Assembly (NCBI GenBank): GCA_964640635.1
Contig: CAZXFD010000001.1
Span: 177,302 to 241,301, forward strand
Length of the DNA stretch: 64,000 bases
Source: an uncultured Gammaproteobacteria bacterium
GTDB taxonomy: Bacteria; Patescibacteriota; Patescibacteriia; UBA1558; S5-K13
Reading direction: 5' to 3'
Part shown: positions 9,740 to 19,793 of the stretch, piece after piece
How the letters are laid out: every line of letters starts with the position of its first letter
Numbering within the stretch: the first letter of the stretch is position 1
The notes under the pieces: generated by a model
Databases searched by the model: none
What the model was told of the DNA's origin: nothing
Seen by the model: only the letters and a program-made list of their open reading frames with translations
Program-made: the position numbers and the translations under genes

Positions 9740-10816
9740 ATGAATAATAAAAATCAGAATAAAAGATCTAGTGGATTAAGATTGCTTTTTTCGGGGGGTG
9801 GAACTCTTGGTCCAGTCACACCACTTGTAGCAATAATAGAAAAAATACAAAAAAGCAACGCATCAGATGAAATTTTTTGGATTTCAACCAAGGGTGGTAA
9901 AGAAAATATATTTCTCAAAGATTTGGGTATAAAAGTTTATTCAATGAGTGCTGCTAAGCTTAGAAGATACATGAGTTTTGAAAATTTTTTGGATATTTTT
10001 GTATTTATTAAATCTTTGTTTGTAAGTTTTTATTTAATTAAAAAAATACACCCCGATGTTATAATTAGTGCGGGAGGTTATGTGAGTGTCCCGCTTGTTA
10101 TTATCGGAAAATTATTGGGTAAGAAAATTTTTATTCATCAACAAGATATTCAAATAGGACTTGCAAATAAAATAATGAGTTATTTTGCAGATGTTATTAC
10201 AGTAAGTTTTCAGGAACAATTAGAATATTTTAAAAATAAGAATATTTATTTTACAGGTAATCCGTGTAGATTTACAAAGGAACAAATAGATAGTCTTGAT
10301 AAAAATTTTATAATTAAAAAATATAATTTAAAAAGCGAAAAGAGTATAGTATTAGTTTTGGGTGGTAGTTCTGGTGCCAACTCTTTAAATGAGGTAATAT
10401 ATAATTCTATTAATTTACTAGTTGATAAGTGTCAGGTAATACATATTACTGGATTTGACAAAGGAAGCCCACTTGAAAATGACGATTATTTACAAATGGA
10501 ATTTCTCAAAGACGAGGCAATAGAACTTATGTATGTGGCAGATATTGTTATATCTCGCGCAGGACTTGCAACACTTACTGAATTATCAGCACTTCAGAAA
10601 ACATCTATAATAATACCACTTCGTGGGCATCAAGAGTTTAATATGAAATATTTTTATGAAAAGAATGCAGTGGAGTCTGCAGATGAAAATAATTTAGTTG
10701 AAAAAATTTGTTTATTACTTGCAAATGAAAACAAAAGAACTATGTTGTCTGAAAATATAAGTAAAATTTTTCCACACGATAGTACGGAAAAAATAATTAA
10801 ATATATAATAGAATGA
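9740..10816 (+). CDS. murG: Lipid II GlcNAc transferase MurG
   Basis: GGGTLGP, GGYVSVP, GGSSGA, ISRAG; likely start 9740. Confidence 0.93.
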   Translation: MNNKNQNKRSSGLRLLFSGGGTLGPVTPLVAIIEKIQKSNASDEIFWISTKGGKENIFLKDLGIKVYSMSAAKLRRYMSFENFLDIFVFIKSLFVSFYLIKKIHPDVIISAGGYVSVPLVIIGKLLGKKIFIHQQDIQIGLANKIMSYFADVITVSFQEQLEYFKNKNIYFTGNPCRFTKEQIDSLDKNFIIKKYNLKSEKSIVLVLGGSSGANSLNEVIYNSINLLVDKCQVIHITGFDKGSPLENDDYLQMEFLKDEAIELMYVADIVISRAGLATLTELSALQKTSIIIPLRGHQEFNMKYFYEKNAVESADENNLVEKICLLLANENKRTMLSENISKIFPHDSTEKIIKYIIE

Positions 10817-12237
10817 AATTAGATAAATACGAAAAAGTATATTTTATAGGGATAGGTGGTATTGGTGTATCAGCCGTAGCGAACATGATGCTTTCTTTGA
10901 ATAAAGAAGTTTTTGGATCAGATGCATGTAAAAGTGATATAACACAAGATTTAGAAAAATTAACTTGTTCACCCACAGGTAGAAATATTAAAATTTTTTA
11001 TAATCATAATAAAGTAAATATTGATAAGGTTGATTTGGATAAAAAAGATTCTCTTGTTATTTATACTTCAGCAATTCCAGCAACAAATCCAGAGTTAAAA
11101 GAAATTAAAAAACGAAAAATAGATAGTTTTACATATTTTGAATTTTTAGGAGAGTTATCAAAAGATTATAAAACAATAGCGATAACAGGTACTCATGGTA
11201 AATCTACTACAACTACCCTTACTGCTTTATTTATGCTAAACGCAGGACTTGATCCAACTGTTTTTGTTGGGAGTAAAATTTTGTCACTAAACTCAAATTT
11301 TCATCTTGGCAAAACAGATTATCTTCTCGTAGAGGCATGTGAATATAATGCAAATATGTTACACCTTAATCCCTATATGATAGGACTAGTTTCTGTAGAT
11401 AGAGATCATTTAGATTATTATAAAAATCTTACAGATATCAAAAATACATTTCAAAAATTTATTAATAAATTAGAAGACAAATCTCAGCTTGTTTATAACT
11501 TAGATGATATAAATATAGAAAGTTTGGATATCGCTAAATCGGCTTTTTCCATAGGAATTTCAGAAAGTTCAAAATTGTATGTAAAGAATGTAAAAAAAAT
11601 AGAGCAAAAACAATTTTTTGATATTTATATAAAACAAGATAAGATAGATAAGAAAATTTGTAGAACAAGCACAGTATTACCCGGATATTATAATATTTAC
11701 AACATATTAATATCAGTTGGTATCGCTATAAAACTAGGGATAGGTTCAAAAATCATAAAAAATACTATAGAAAATTTTCAGGGACTTTGGAGGCGATTTG
11801 AATTTCTAGGACTATGGAAAACCAATATGATATTTTCTGATTATGCTCATCATCCGACAGCGATAAAAGCGCTTTTATATGGTGCAAGAGGATTTTTCAA
11901 AAATAAAAAAATAATAATAATATTTCAGCCACATCAAGAAGATAGGACTGAAAAATTGTTTGATGAGTTTTTGACTAGCTTTGAACTTGCTGATGAAATT
12001 ATTTTATATCCAACATATAAAGTTTCTGGTCGTAGAAGTAAGTCTAAGAAAAATACATATGAAATGTACAAGCAGATAAAGAAAAATTATTTGAAAGAGG
12101 ATCAAAATATTTATTATTCTAAAGATTTTGAATCTTTAGAAAAAGAATTGAAAAAATATAAAAATTCAGTTGTATTAACGGTGGGGGCTGGGGATATAGA
12201 TAATTTCCCAAGACATTTTTTAAAACTAGACAAATAA
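10813..12237 (+). CDS. murC: UDP-MurNAc:L-Ala ligase
   Basis: FIGIGGIGVSA, GTHGKSTTT, DYAHHPT, FQPH. Confidence 0.96.
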   Translation: MKLDKYEKVYFIGIGGIGVSAVANMMLSLNKEVFGSDACKSDITQDLEKLTCSPTGRNIKIFYNHNKVNIDKVDLDKKDSLVIYTSAIPATNPELKEIKKRKIDSFTYFEFLGELSKDYKTIAITGTHGKSTTTTLTALFMLNAGLDPTVFVGSKILSLNSNFHLGKTDYLLVEACEYNANMLHLNPYMIGLVSVDRDHLDYYKNLTDIKNTFQKFINKLEDKSQLVYNLDDINIESLDIAKSAFSIGISESSKLYVKNVKKIEQKQFFDIYIKQDKIDKKICRTSTVLPGYYNIYNILISVGIAIKLGIGSKIIKNTIENFQGLWRRFEFLGLWKTNMIFSDYAHHPTAIKALLYGARGFFKNKKIIIIFQPHQEDRTEKLFDEFLTSFELADEIILYPTYKVSGRRSKSKKNTYEMYKQIKKNYLKEDQNIYYSKDFESLEKELKKYKNSVVLTVGAGDIDNFPRHFLKLDK

Positions 12238-12239
12238 TT

Positions 12240-13184
12240 ATGGATGAATTTATAATAAAATTTCCAAGTATTAAACAAAATATAGGCTTAGTTAATTTTA
12301 CCACTTTTAATATTGGTGGAAATGCAAAATATTTTTTAGAGGCAGGTGATATAGAAGAAATTACAAATGTCATCAAATTTTGCAGTGATAATAATATAAG
12401 ATTTAGAGTTTTGGGTTGGGGCAGTAATGTGCTTGTAGGTGACAATGGTTTTGATGGACTTATTATAAGGCTAAAAAATGATTTAATAGAATTTTCTCGC
12501 GGATATTTAGATGTTGGCGCAGGAGTTAGTTTGGTAAAGTTTTTGAATTTTACATTAAAAAATGGGTTTACTGGGAATGAATTTTTAGCAGGCATTCCAG
12601 GCACAATAGGTGGTGCAATATATGGAAATGCAGGAAGTTACGGTGTAGATATTTCTAGTATAATAGAGTCTGTCAAGGTAATAACTGAAAATGGATCTAT
12701 TGAAGAAGTTTCTAAAATAGGCTGTAATTTTTCATATCGTGATAGTATATTTAAAACGCTCAATGTAATTATTGCTAGTGCTAAGATAAAAATTATTCAA
12801 GGTGATATCGAGGAGTCAAAGAGAATAGTTCAGGCAAGAATATTAGAGAGAGCAGGAAAACATCCAAGTGAATTTGCCAATGCAGGAAGCTATTTTAAAA
12901 ATATTTTTATGACAGAAGAAATAGAAGAAAAGTTGGATCAATTTTTAGATATTTCGCCTTTTTTAGAATCAAAAAAAATTCCAGCAGGATTTTTGATAGA
13001 ATCACTGGGATTAAAAGGATTTTGTGTTGGTGATGCATGTGTATCAGAGCGTCACGGTAATTTTATTGTGAATAAAGGATCTGCTATGGCAAAAGATATT
13101 CTTGAACTTGCAAGTATTATAAAAAAACAGGTTTTGGAGAAATATAGCATAGAATTGGAAGAAGAAGTGCAATACATAAGTTAA
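12240..13184 (+). CDS. murB: UDP-N-acetylenolpyruvoylglucosamine reductase
   Basis: GWGSNVL, GIPGTIGGA, AGSYFKN, HGNFIVN. Confidence 0.96.
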   Translation: MDEFIIKFPSIKQNIGLVNFTTFNIGGNAKYFLEAGDIEEITNVIKFCSDNNIRFRVLGWGSNVLVGDNGFDGLIIRLKNDLIEFSRGYLDVGAGVSLVKFLNFTLKNGFTGNEFLAGIPGTIGGAIYGNAGSYGVDISSIIESVKVITENGSIEEVSKIGCNFSYRDSIFKTLNVIIASAKIKIIQGDIEESKRIVQARILERAGKHPSEFANAGSYFKNIFMTEEIEEKLDQFLDISPFLESKKIPAGFLIESLGLKGFCVGDACVSERHGNFIVNKGSAMAKDILELASIIKKQVLEKYSIELEEEVQYIS

Positions 13185-13263
13185 AAATTTTAAAGTATGA
13201 AGTATGAAGTTTGGAATATGAAATTTTAGTTTTTAGAGTATACTCGAATACTGAAATTAATTA

Positions 13264-13309
13264 GTCTTCGAGTGAAACCATGAGTTCGTCGAATGGTGGA
13301 GTCGAGAAG
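13264..13309. repeat. Nested imperfect palindromic (REP-like) element
   Basis: CCATGAGTTCGTCGAATGG inside TTCGAGTGAA...GGAGTCGAGAA; GC-richer than surroundings. Confidence 0.4.
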
Positions 13310-13343
13310 TTTAAGAATTCACGTTAAGTGGATTTTTTTAATG

Positions 13344-13365
13344 AAAAAAGGACTCCGAGGAGTCC
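13344..13365 (-). terminator. Intrinsic terminator of the decayed minus-strand unit
   Basis: GGACTCC/GGAGTCC hairpin followed by a T-run on the minus strand. Confidence 0.7.
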
Positions 13366-13377
13366 AAAATTTACTTA

Positions 13378-13606
13378 CTAAATATCAACAAACATTATAT
13401 AAAACTTTAACCTTGTTATAAGGCTTTGTTTAATTTGGTTATCAAATATATATTGCCAAAGTTTTAGTACAAGTTCATTGTTAATGTTTTTTTGTTTCTA
13501 AGTCTTCATAATTCTTCCTTTTGACCGATGGTCAATACCCTGTTTTTTTGCATTATTGCATTTGGTATAAATACCTACCATGGGTTGACTAGACTTATTG
13601 CTTCAT
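13378..13606 (-). pseudogene. Decayed gene or minigene pair in a self-contained unit
   Basis: Promoter-like TTGCCT-17-TAATGT, SD AGGAGG, ATG-AAG-CAA-TAA, only fragmentary frames, own terminator. Confidence 0.5.
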
Positions 13607-13664
13607 AATTCCTCCTAAATCGTATTCTATAATTACATTAACTCATTTTTATAAAAAAGGCAAG

Positions 13665-13692
13665 AAAAAAGGCCTCATTGATTTGGAGGCCT
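13665..13692 (-). terminator. Terminator of prs
   Basis: AGGCCTC..GAGGCCT followed by T-run on the minus strand. Confidence 0.75.
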
Positions 13693-13708
13693 AGGATTTA
13701 TAGTTTGG

Positions 13709-14752
13709 TTAGAATTTCATAAAAAGCTCACTAAGAGATTTTTCTAAGTGAATTCTTAAGATGCATTCTGCTAAAAATTCTGCTGGATCTAGGACGGTTA
13801 TTTTTTTAGGTAACCTATTTTCAAATGGTATCGTATCAACAAATATAACTTCGTCTGCACAGGATTTTTCAATATTCTGCATTGCTTCTGGCGTTAAGTC
13901 TGGATGTACTGCTGCAATAGTTATTGATTTTGCACCATGCATTTTGAGTATTTCAAGAGCCGCCATGATAGTAGAAAAAGATTGAATCATATCGTCAAAA
14001 ATCCAAACATTTTTATCTTTTACATCTCCAAGTACACGACTTCTTGTGGTATCTATGCATTTTTTTTCATGATCCTGAATCTTTTGGACTAGACATATAT
14101 CTTTAATGCCAGTTATTTTTGATATGGCTTCAATTCTTTTGGCAGATCCAATATCGGGACTACACAACACAACATCGTTAGGGTTCCTTTTTTGTAATTC
14201 TTTGATGAGAAGAGCCATTAAATAAACTCTATCATTGACCTTGAAAAAGTCAGCGGTTGCAGAATTATGGATATCACATAGTAGTACACGACTGGTTCCC
14301 GACTGATTTACTCTATTTGCAGCAACTTTTAGACTTCTGGATTCTCTTGGTATTGTTTTCCTATCTTGTTTAGTAAAACAAAACCAAGGGAAAACACCAG
14401 TGATTCTTTCAGCAGAATCTCTAATACAGTCTACTAGTAATTCATATTCTTCTAGTAGACTATAGTTATTTTTGTAATGCACACTTTGTATGATAAAGAC
14501 ATCACAACCTCTTACATTCTTAAGGGCTCGGGCATAGGGTTCTCCATTTTTAAATCTTTGTATGAATGTTGGTACGAGTTCAACTTTGTAATTAACCTTT
14601 TTAGATAATTCAAGAGCTATTCTTTCCGCAAGGGCAAGATGACCAGTACCACTGATTAGTCTAATTTTTTTACAATATGGTTTTTCTAAGTTAAGAAAAT
14701 CCAATATTTTCATAGCGAGTTTTTTTAGCAAGCTCTTAAAGTGTTTCAGCAT
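13709..14752 (-). CDS. prs: Ribose-phosphate pyrophosphokinase family protein (divergent)
   Basis: RFKNGE, VRGCDVFIIQS, KQDRK, SPDIG, GDVKDK..FDDMI; start set by SD GGGAGG. Confidence 0.88.
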   Translation of the reverse strand: MLKHFKSLLKKLAMKILDFLNLEKPYCKKIRLISGTGHLALAERIALELSKKVNYKVELVPTFIQRFKNGEPYARALKNVRGCDVFIIQSVHYKNNYSLLEEYELLVDCIRDSAERITGVFPWFCFTKQDRKTIPRESRSLKVAANRVNQSGTSRVLLCDIHNSATADFFKVNDRVYLMALLIKELQKRNPNDVVLCSPDIGSAKRIEAISKITGIKDICLVQKIQDHEKKCIDTTRSRVLGDVKDKNVWIFDDMIQSFSTIMAALEILKMHGAKSITIAAVHPDLTPEAMQNIEKSCADEVIFVDTIPFENRLPKKITVLDPAEFLAECILRIHLEKSLSELFMKF

Positions 14753-14787
14753 TTTATCCTCCCAAGATAATGTAGTTTTATACAACT

Positions 14788-14815
14788 ATTCTATCTAATA
14801 GCTTTTATTTGTCAA
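14788..14815 (-). promoter_or_regulatory. sigma70 promoter of the prs cassette
   Basis: TTGACA-16-TAGAAT. Confidence 0.7.
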
Positions 14816-14934
14816 CCGGTTATATAACTGATTTATTAGAGATGGTATGAATAGGTCATATAAATTGGTAACCTTGCCGATAAAGGGTATATTTGATAAG
14901 ATAAAATAAGCAATTAATTAATAACAAAAAACAA

Positions 14935-15228
14935 ATGAACATTCAATTTTATGCCAAAAATGTGGAGTTAACAGAACAAATTAAGGATTATGTCAATGAT
15001 AAAATTGGTGGACTTTCAAAATATGATTCAGGGATAATGGAGGCAAATGTAGATATTTCAAAAGATACTCATCATCAAAAAGGATGTGTATATAGATTTG
15101 AAGTAAATATGAAATCTAATAGAAATAAAAATCTTTTACGAGCCGAAGCTAATGGAGAAACTATTATGGAGGCTGTTGATTTGGTAAAAGATAAATTGCA
15201 TAGACAGATAATTAAGACAAAGAAATAA
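14935..15228 (+). CDS. hpf: Ribosome hibernation factor (short HPF/RaiA)
   Basis: MNIQFYAKNVELT..IKDYV..KI; 'EAVDLVKDKLHRQ'; upstream of secA. Confidence 0.9.
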   Translation: MNIQFYAKNVELTEQIKDYVNDKIGGLSKYDSGIMEANVDISKDTHHQKGCVYRFEVNMKSNRNKNLLRAEANGETIMEAVDLVKDKLHRQIIKTKK

Positions 15229-15390
15229 ATTTAATTTAATAAATAAATTCGAAATAAGAATATCTAAATACTAAACAAATTTGAAATAAGAAATATTAAA
15301 TTAAGCAAACAGTATTTGAGTAATTTGTTTGTGATTTATTGTTTGATGTTTATTATTTGTTTATAATTTAGAATTTAGACTTTAGAATTT
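15229..15390. repeat. Inverted heptamer-repeat tract
   Basis: (CT/AT)AAAT units then ATTTAG/GTTTG units in the hpf-secA spacer. Confidence 0.7.
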
Positions 15391-15399
15391 TTGAACATT

Positions 15400-18174
15400 A
15401 TGTCGCTATTAACAAAAATATTCGGTGATCCTAACAAAAAATATATAGACTCACTACTTCCTATCATTGAGAAAATAAATTCTCTTGAATCTGAGGTAGA
15501 AAAATTGTCTCAAGAAGAGCTTCGTGCTAAAACAAAGCAGTTTCAAACAGATCTAAAAGACAAAAAAACAACACTAGACGATATACTGCCATATGCATTT
15601 GCTATGACTAGAGAATCAGCAAAAAGAACTCTTAATCAGCGTCATTATGATGTTCAGCTTATTTCAGGAATTGTACTTCATCAAGGAAGAATTGCTGAAA
15701 TGAAAACAGGAGAAGGAAAAACACTTGCTTCAACGTGTCCTATATATCTCAATGCTCTTACGGGTCGTGGAGTTCAACTTATTACTGTAAATGATTATTT
15801 ATCAAAAAGAGATTGTGTTTGGATGGGACAAGTTTATCATTATTTAGGGCTTAGTGTTGCATCTATTGAGCACGAGACTTCATATATATATGATGAAAAT
15901 TTTGTAGATGCAAAAGACAAATCAGAAGATAAAAGTATTAAAGTGGTAGATGATTATCTTCGTCCAGTTACAAGACGTGAGGCATATCAAGCAGATGTTG
16001 TCTATGGAACTAATAATGAATTTGGTTTTGATTATCTACGAGATAATATGCAAACTGACAAAAATGAAATATGTCAGCGAGATTTTTATTATTGTATTAT
16101 TGATGAGGTTGATAGTGTACTTATTGATGAAGCTCGTACCCCACTTATTATAAGCTCTCCAGATGTTGAATCGACTGACAAATATAGAGAATTTTCTTTT
16201 GTTGTAGATGATCTTATAGAAAGTAAGCACTACAATATTGATGAAAAAATGAAATCAGTAACCTTTACAGAAGAAGGTCAAAATTATATAGCACAAAAAT
16301 TAAATGATGATCCATGGGCAAGAGCAGATTTTACAACAGTATTTCATTTGGAAGCGTCTCTTAAGGCAAAATTATTATTTAAGCGAGATAAGGATTATAT
16401 AGTCAAAGATGGTGAAATTTTAATCGTAGATGAGTTTACTGGACGTTTGATGCCTGGTCGTCGTTATTCTGAGGGAATTCACCAGGCGCTTGAGGCAAAA
16501 GAAGGAGTAAAAGTTCAAAGAGAGAGCTTAACCTTAGCAACGGTCACTTTTCAGAATTATTTTAGAATGTATGAAAAATTGTCTGGCATGACAGGAACTG
16601 CTCTTACAGAAGCAGAGGAGTTTGCAAAAATTTATAGTCTTGAAGTTGCCTCTATCCCTACAAACAAGCCCGTAGCTCGTCTTGATCTTAATGATAGAAT
16701 TTACAAAACAGAAATTGCAAAGTTTAATGCTATTGTAAAAGAAGTAAAAGAAAGAAATAAAAAAGGACAGCCAGTTTTGATAGGTACAATTTCAATAGAG
16801 CGAAATGAAATCATAGGAGATTTACTTAAGCGTGAAGGAGTTCCATATAAGCTTCTAAATGCAAAACAACATGAAAAAGAAGCTGAAATTATTTCTCAAG
16901 CAGGAAGACTTGGCGCAGTAACAGTTGCCACAAATATGGCTGGTCGTGGAGTAGATATTATTTTGGGTGGAAATCCATATAACAGTGAAGAAGCAGAAAA
17001 GGTAAAAAAATTAGGAGGTTTGCTAGTGCTTGGTACTGAGCGTCACGAATCTCGTCGTATTGATAATCAGCTTAGAGGTCGTGCAGGAAGACAAGGTGAT
17101 CCAGGAGCATCTCAGTTTTATGTTTCAATGGAAGACGATTTGATGCGTGTATTTGGTTCTGATCGTATGAAATCTATTATGAATACACTTGGTATTCCAG
17201 ATGAAATGCCTATTGAAAATAGAATGATATCAAGTTCAATAGAAAAGGCTCAGGTCAGAGTAGAAGGATATAACTTTGACATTAGAAAACATTTAGTTGA
17301 ATATGATGATGTTATAAACAAACAAAGAGAAATAATTTACAAAAAAAGAAGAGAAATTCTTGATTTATCAACTGGGTTGAAGATGGAAGAATATAAAAAC
17401 TTAGGTGATTATATCAAATCTATGATAAGTGAAGAAATTTCACAAATCATTTCTTTTCACACATCACTTGAGATAAATAATGTTTGGAATATAAATGAAA
17501 TAATAGAAAGCATAAAAACAATATTCCCACTAAGCGATGAAGAAGTAGAAAAAATTAGAAAGATGAATCCATTTGAGAGTCAGGAAAAGTCAAATCATGA
17601 TGAAGCGAGAGTTGCGATGACTAGCTATATTAATAATCTTTTGGAAGAAAAGTATAATTTATTAAGATCAAATATAAATAATTTGAGTAAACAAGAAATT
17701 GAAGATGGTTTTTCTCAAATAGAAAAAGGAATATTACTTCGATCTATTGATAATCTGTGGATAGATCATTTGGATAATATTTCTCATCTTAGAACTGGCA
17801 TTGGTCTTCGTGGATACGCACAAGCTGATCCTTTAGTTGAATACAAAAGAGAGTCCTATGATTTGTTTGTAGAGCTTTTAGCATCCTTAAATAAGCAAGT
17901 TGTCTATAGTATTTTCAAGGTAGGACCAGTAACGGGTATGCTTAGAGAAGAAAAGAAAACCATCAAACTAAATGACCCAAGTGAAAACCTAAACAAACAA
18001 TTTGAGCTTGGTGATGAAAGTAGAAAAGAAATTCACAACAAAACAACACTAAAAAACGAAGAAGTAAAGAAATATGGGACAAAGGTGGGTAGAAATGATG
18101 ATTGCCCATGTGGAGCGAAGAAGGCTGATGGAAGTCCAGTTAAATACAAGAATTGTTGTGGTAAGAATGAGTAA
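15400..18174 (+). CDS. secA: Preprotein translocase SecA
   Basis: AEMKTGEGKT, IDEVDSVLIDEARTPLIIS, C-terminal SEC-C; likely ATG 15400. Confidence 0.98.
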   Translation: MSLLTKIFGDPNKKYIDSLLPIIEKINSLESEVEKLSQEELRAKTKQFQTDLKDKKTTLDDILPYAFAMTRESAKRTLNQRHYDVQLISGIVLHQGRIAEMKTGEGKTLASTCPIYLNALTGRGVQLITVNDYLSKRDCVWMGQVYHYLGLSVASIEHETSYIYDENFVDAKDKSEDKSIKVVDDYLRPVTRREAYQADVVYGTNNEFGFDYLRDNMQTDKNEICQRDFYYCIIDEVDSVLIDEARTPLIISSPDVESTDKYREFSFVVDDLIESKHYNIDEKMKSVTFTEEGQNYIAQKLNDDPWARADFTTVFHLEASLKAKLLFKRDKDYIVKDGEILIVDEFTGRLMPGRRYSEGIHQALEAKEGVKVQRESLTLATVTFQNYFRMYEKLSGMTGTALTEAEEFAKIYSLEVASIPTNKPVARLDLNDRIYKTEIAKFNAIVKEVKERNKKGQPVLIGTISIERNEIIGDLLKREGVPYKLLNAKQHEKEAEIISQAGRLGAVTVATNMAGRGVDIILGGNPYNSEEAEKVKKLGGLLVLGTERHESRRIDNQLRGRAGRQGDPGASQFYVSMEDDLMRVFGSDRMKSIMNTLGIPDEMPIENRMISSSIEKAQVRVEGYNFDIRKHLVEYDDVINKQREIIYKKRREILDLSTGLKMEEYKNLGDYIKSMISEEISQIISFHTSLEINNVWNINEIIESIKTIFPLSDEEVEKIRKMNPFESQEKSNHDEARVAMTSYINNLLEEKYNLLRSNINNLSKQEIEDGFSQIEKGILLRSIDNLWIDHLDNISHLRTGIGLRGYAQADPLVEYKRESYDLFVELLASLNKQVVYSIFKVGPVTGMLREEKKTIKLNDPSENLNKQFELGDESRKEIHNKTTLKNEEVKKYGTKVGRNDDCPCGAKKADGSPVKYKNCCGKNE

Positions 18175-18197
18175 TAATATTTATAATAATGAGTGAC

Positions 18198-18216
18198 ATC
18201 TCGCCAAGGGTGGGTT
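18198..18216. repeat. Degenerate GC palindrome
   Basis: ATCTCGCC-AAG-GGTGGGTT. Confidence 0.5.
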
Positions 18217-18283
18217 GGTAAAAGAAATCAGTTATTTTTAAAAGAAATAATTTCAAGAATTTTGTTATTATAATTTAAAATTC

Positions 18284-18490
18284 ATGCTTAAACTAGGAAA
18301 ATACAAACATTATAAGGGTAATGTTTATGAAGTAATTGGTATTGCAAAACATAGTGAAACTCAGGAAGAATTTGTTGTTTATCGCGCGCTTTATGGAAAT
18401 AATGACTTGTGGATTAGGCCACGAGAAATGTTTGAAAGTGATGTTGAGATAAATGGTCAAAAAGTTAAAAGATTTGAAATAATATTATGA
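18284..18490 (+). CDS. DUF1653 domain protein
   Basis: GKYKHYKG..YEVIGIAKHSET.E.FVVYRALY...WIRP..MF. Confidence 0.9.
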   Translation: MLKLGKYKHYKGNVYEVIGIAKHSETQEEFVVYRALYGNNDLWIRPREMFESDVEINGQKVKRFEIIL

Positions 18491-18939
18491 AACAAAAAGA
18501 TTTATATCAAATATCGCTAAAACTTATCTTAAAAAATGATAAGGGAGAAGTTTTAATACTTAATGCAATTCGCGGCGGTACTTTTGAAGGGTTTTATGAT
18601 TTACCAGGTGGAAGAATAGATGTTGATGAGTTTAGGATTGATTTTGAAGATATTTTAAAAAGAGAAATAAACGAAGAACTCGGGGAAATAAAAGTTGATA
18701 TTTCATCCATTCCTATTTCAATAGGACGTCACTTGATTCCAGCTAGTTTATCAAGTACGGGTAGTGAAATGCATGTGCTTTATCTGTTTTTTGAAGGATG
18801 TTATTTGAGTGGGGATATTAAAATAAGCGAAGAACACCTTGGATATAAATGGGTAAATTTAAAAGAAATTGTGTTGGATGAATATTTTAATTCGGGAATC
18901 TTAGAGGGTATGAAAAGATATGTTAATACAATAAAATAA
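18487..18939 (+). CDS. NUDIX hydrolase
   Basis: LPGGRIDVDE...KREINEELG, ISEEH. Confidence 0.88.
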   Translation: MKQKDLYQISLKLILKNDKGEVLILNAIRGGTFEGFYDLPGGRIDVDEFRIDFEDILKREINEELGEIKVDISSIPISIGRHLIPASLSSTGSEMHVLYLFFEGCYLSGDIKISEEHLGYKWVNLKEIVLDEYFNSGILEGMKRYVNTIK

Positions 18940-18943
18940 TATT

Positions 18944-19756
18944 ATGAGCTTTGAAACCCCAGATATACAACAAGAAGTTAAAAAAAATAGAGAGAATTCA
19001 TCTGAAAAATTTAAATCTATTTATCGTGGTATTTGGGCAGATGAATTAGAAGATAAACAACAATTGCCAATGGGAGGTTCTTTGTTTAGTAAAGAATTGA
19101 CTACAAAATTGGAATTAGATTTTTCAAGTTTTGATTACGAGCTTAGCGGTTTTACAGAAGAAAATCTGAAAAAAATATATAAACAAAGCGAAGATAGTGT
19201 AAAGGAATGGCTTCGCAAAATAAACTCTAACATAGACCCATATTTATTTTTTTTGTTATTTCAGGCTCAGAAAAAGGTTCATAAACTTTTAGAAATAAAC
19301 CTAGAAACTCCAACAAATTCATTTGAAAGAAGAAAAATGTATCAAAATAATAATATTCCAAAATTATCTCAATTAAAGGGCAAGAGTGAATGTGTAGAAA
19401 GAGCTGTTTTGGGTCAATATATACTTCAAAAATCTGGAATAAAATCGTCTTATGTAAGTGGAATTACAATGAACAATCCTAAGGATGATGATGAATATCC
19501 AGAAGATCATAGTTTTATAGTTTTGAGTGATCCAACAAACAAAGCAAAAACTTTGATATTTGATATTGCAAGACCAAAGTCTGGAGCAGAAATTCCAAGA
19601 TTGTTAGAAACAGATGCCCCACTTACTTATGATTTATTAAAAGACAAGGAAGATCTTCTTGTGGGTGCAACAGAGGTTTTACAGAGAGGGAGACTTTGGT
19701 TTGGTGTTGGAGATCCAACAGCGGGATATCATGAAATAATAGAAAAACCAAATTAA
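18944..19756 (+). CDS. Hypothetical protein, possible transglutaminase/papain-like fold
   Basis: Cys (ECVERA), His (DHSF), Asp (IFD) in triad-like order. Confidence 0.55.
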   Translation: MSFETPDIQQEVKKNRENSSEKFKSIYRGIWADELEDKQQLPMGGSLFSKELTTKLELDFSSFDYELSGFTEENLKKIYKQSEDSVKEWLRKINSNIDPYLFFLLFQAQKKVHKLLEINLETPTNSFERRKMYQNNNIPKLSQLKGKSECVERAVLGQYILQKSGIKSSYVSGITMNNPKDDDEYPEDHSFIVLSDPTNKAKTLIFDIARPKSGAEIPRLLETDAPLTYDLLKDKEDLLVGATEVLQRGRLWFGVGDPTAGYHEIIEKPN

Positions 19757-19793
19757 TTTAATAAAGATTCAAAATCAATAAATAGTAAATCAA

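Noticed and set aside
15870-15965. Insert in SecA as an intein or intron
   Set aside because: About 25 aa, in frame, with no splicing motifs; a loop extension is the simpler reading.
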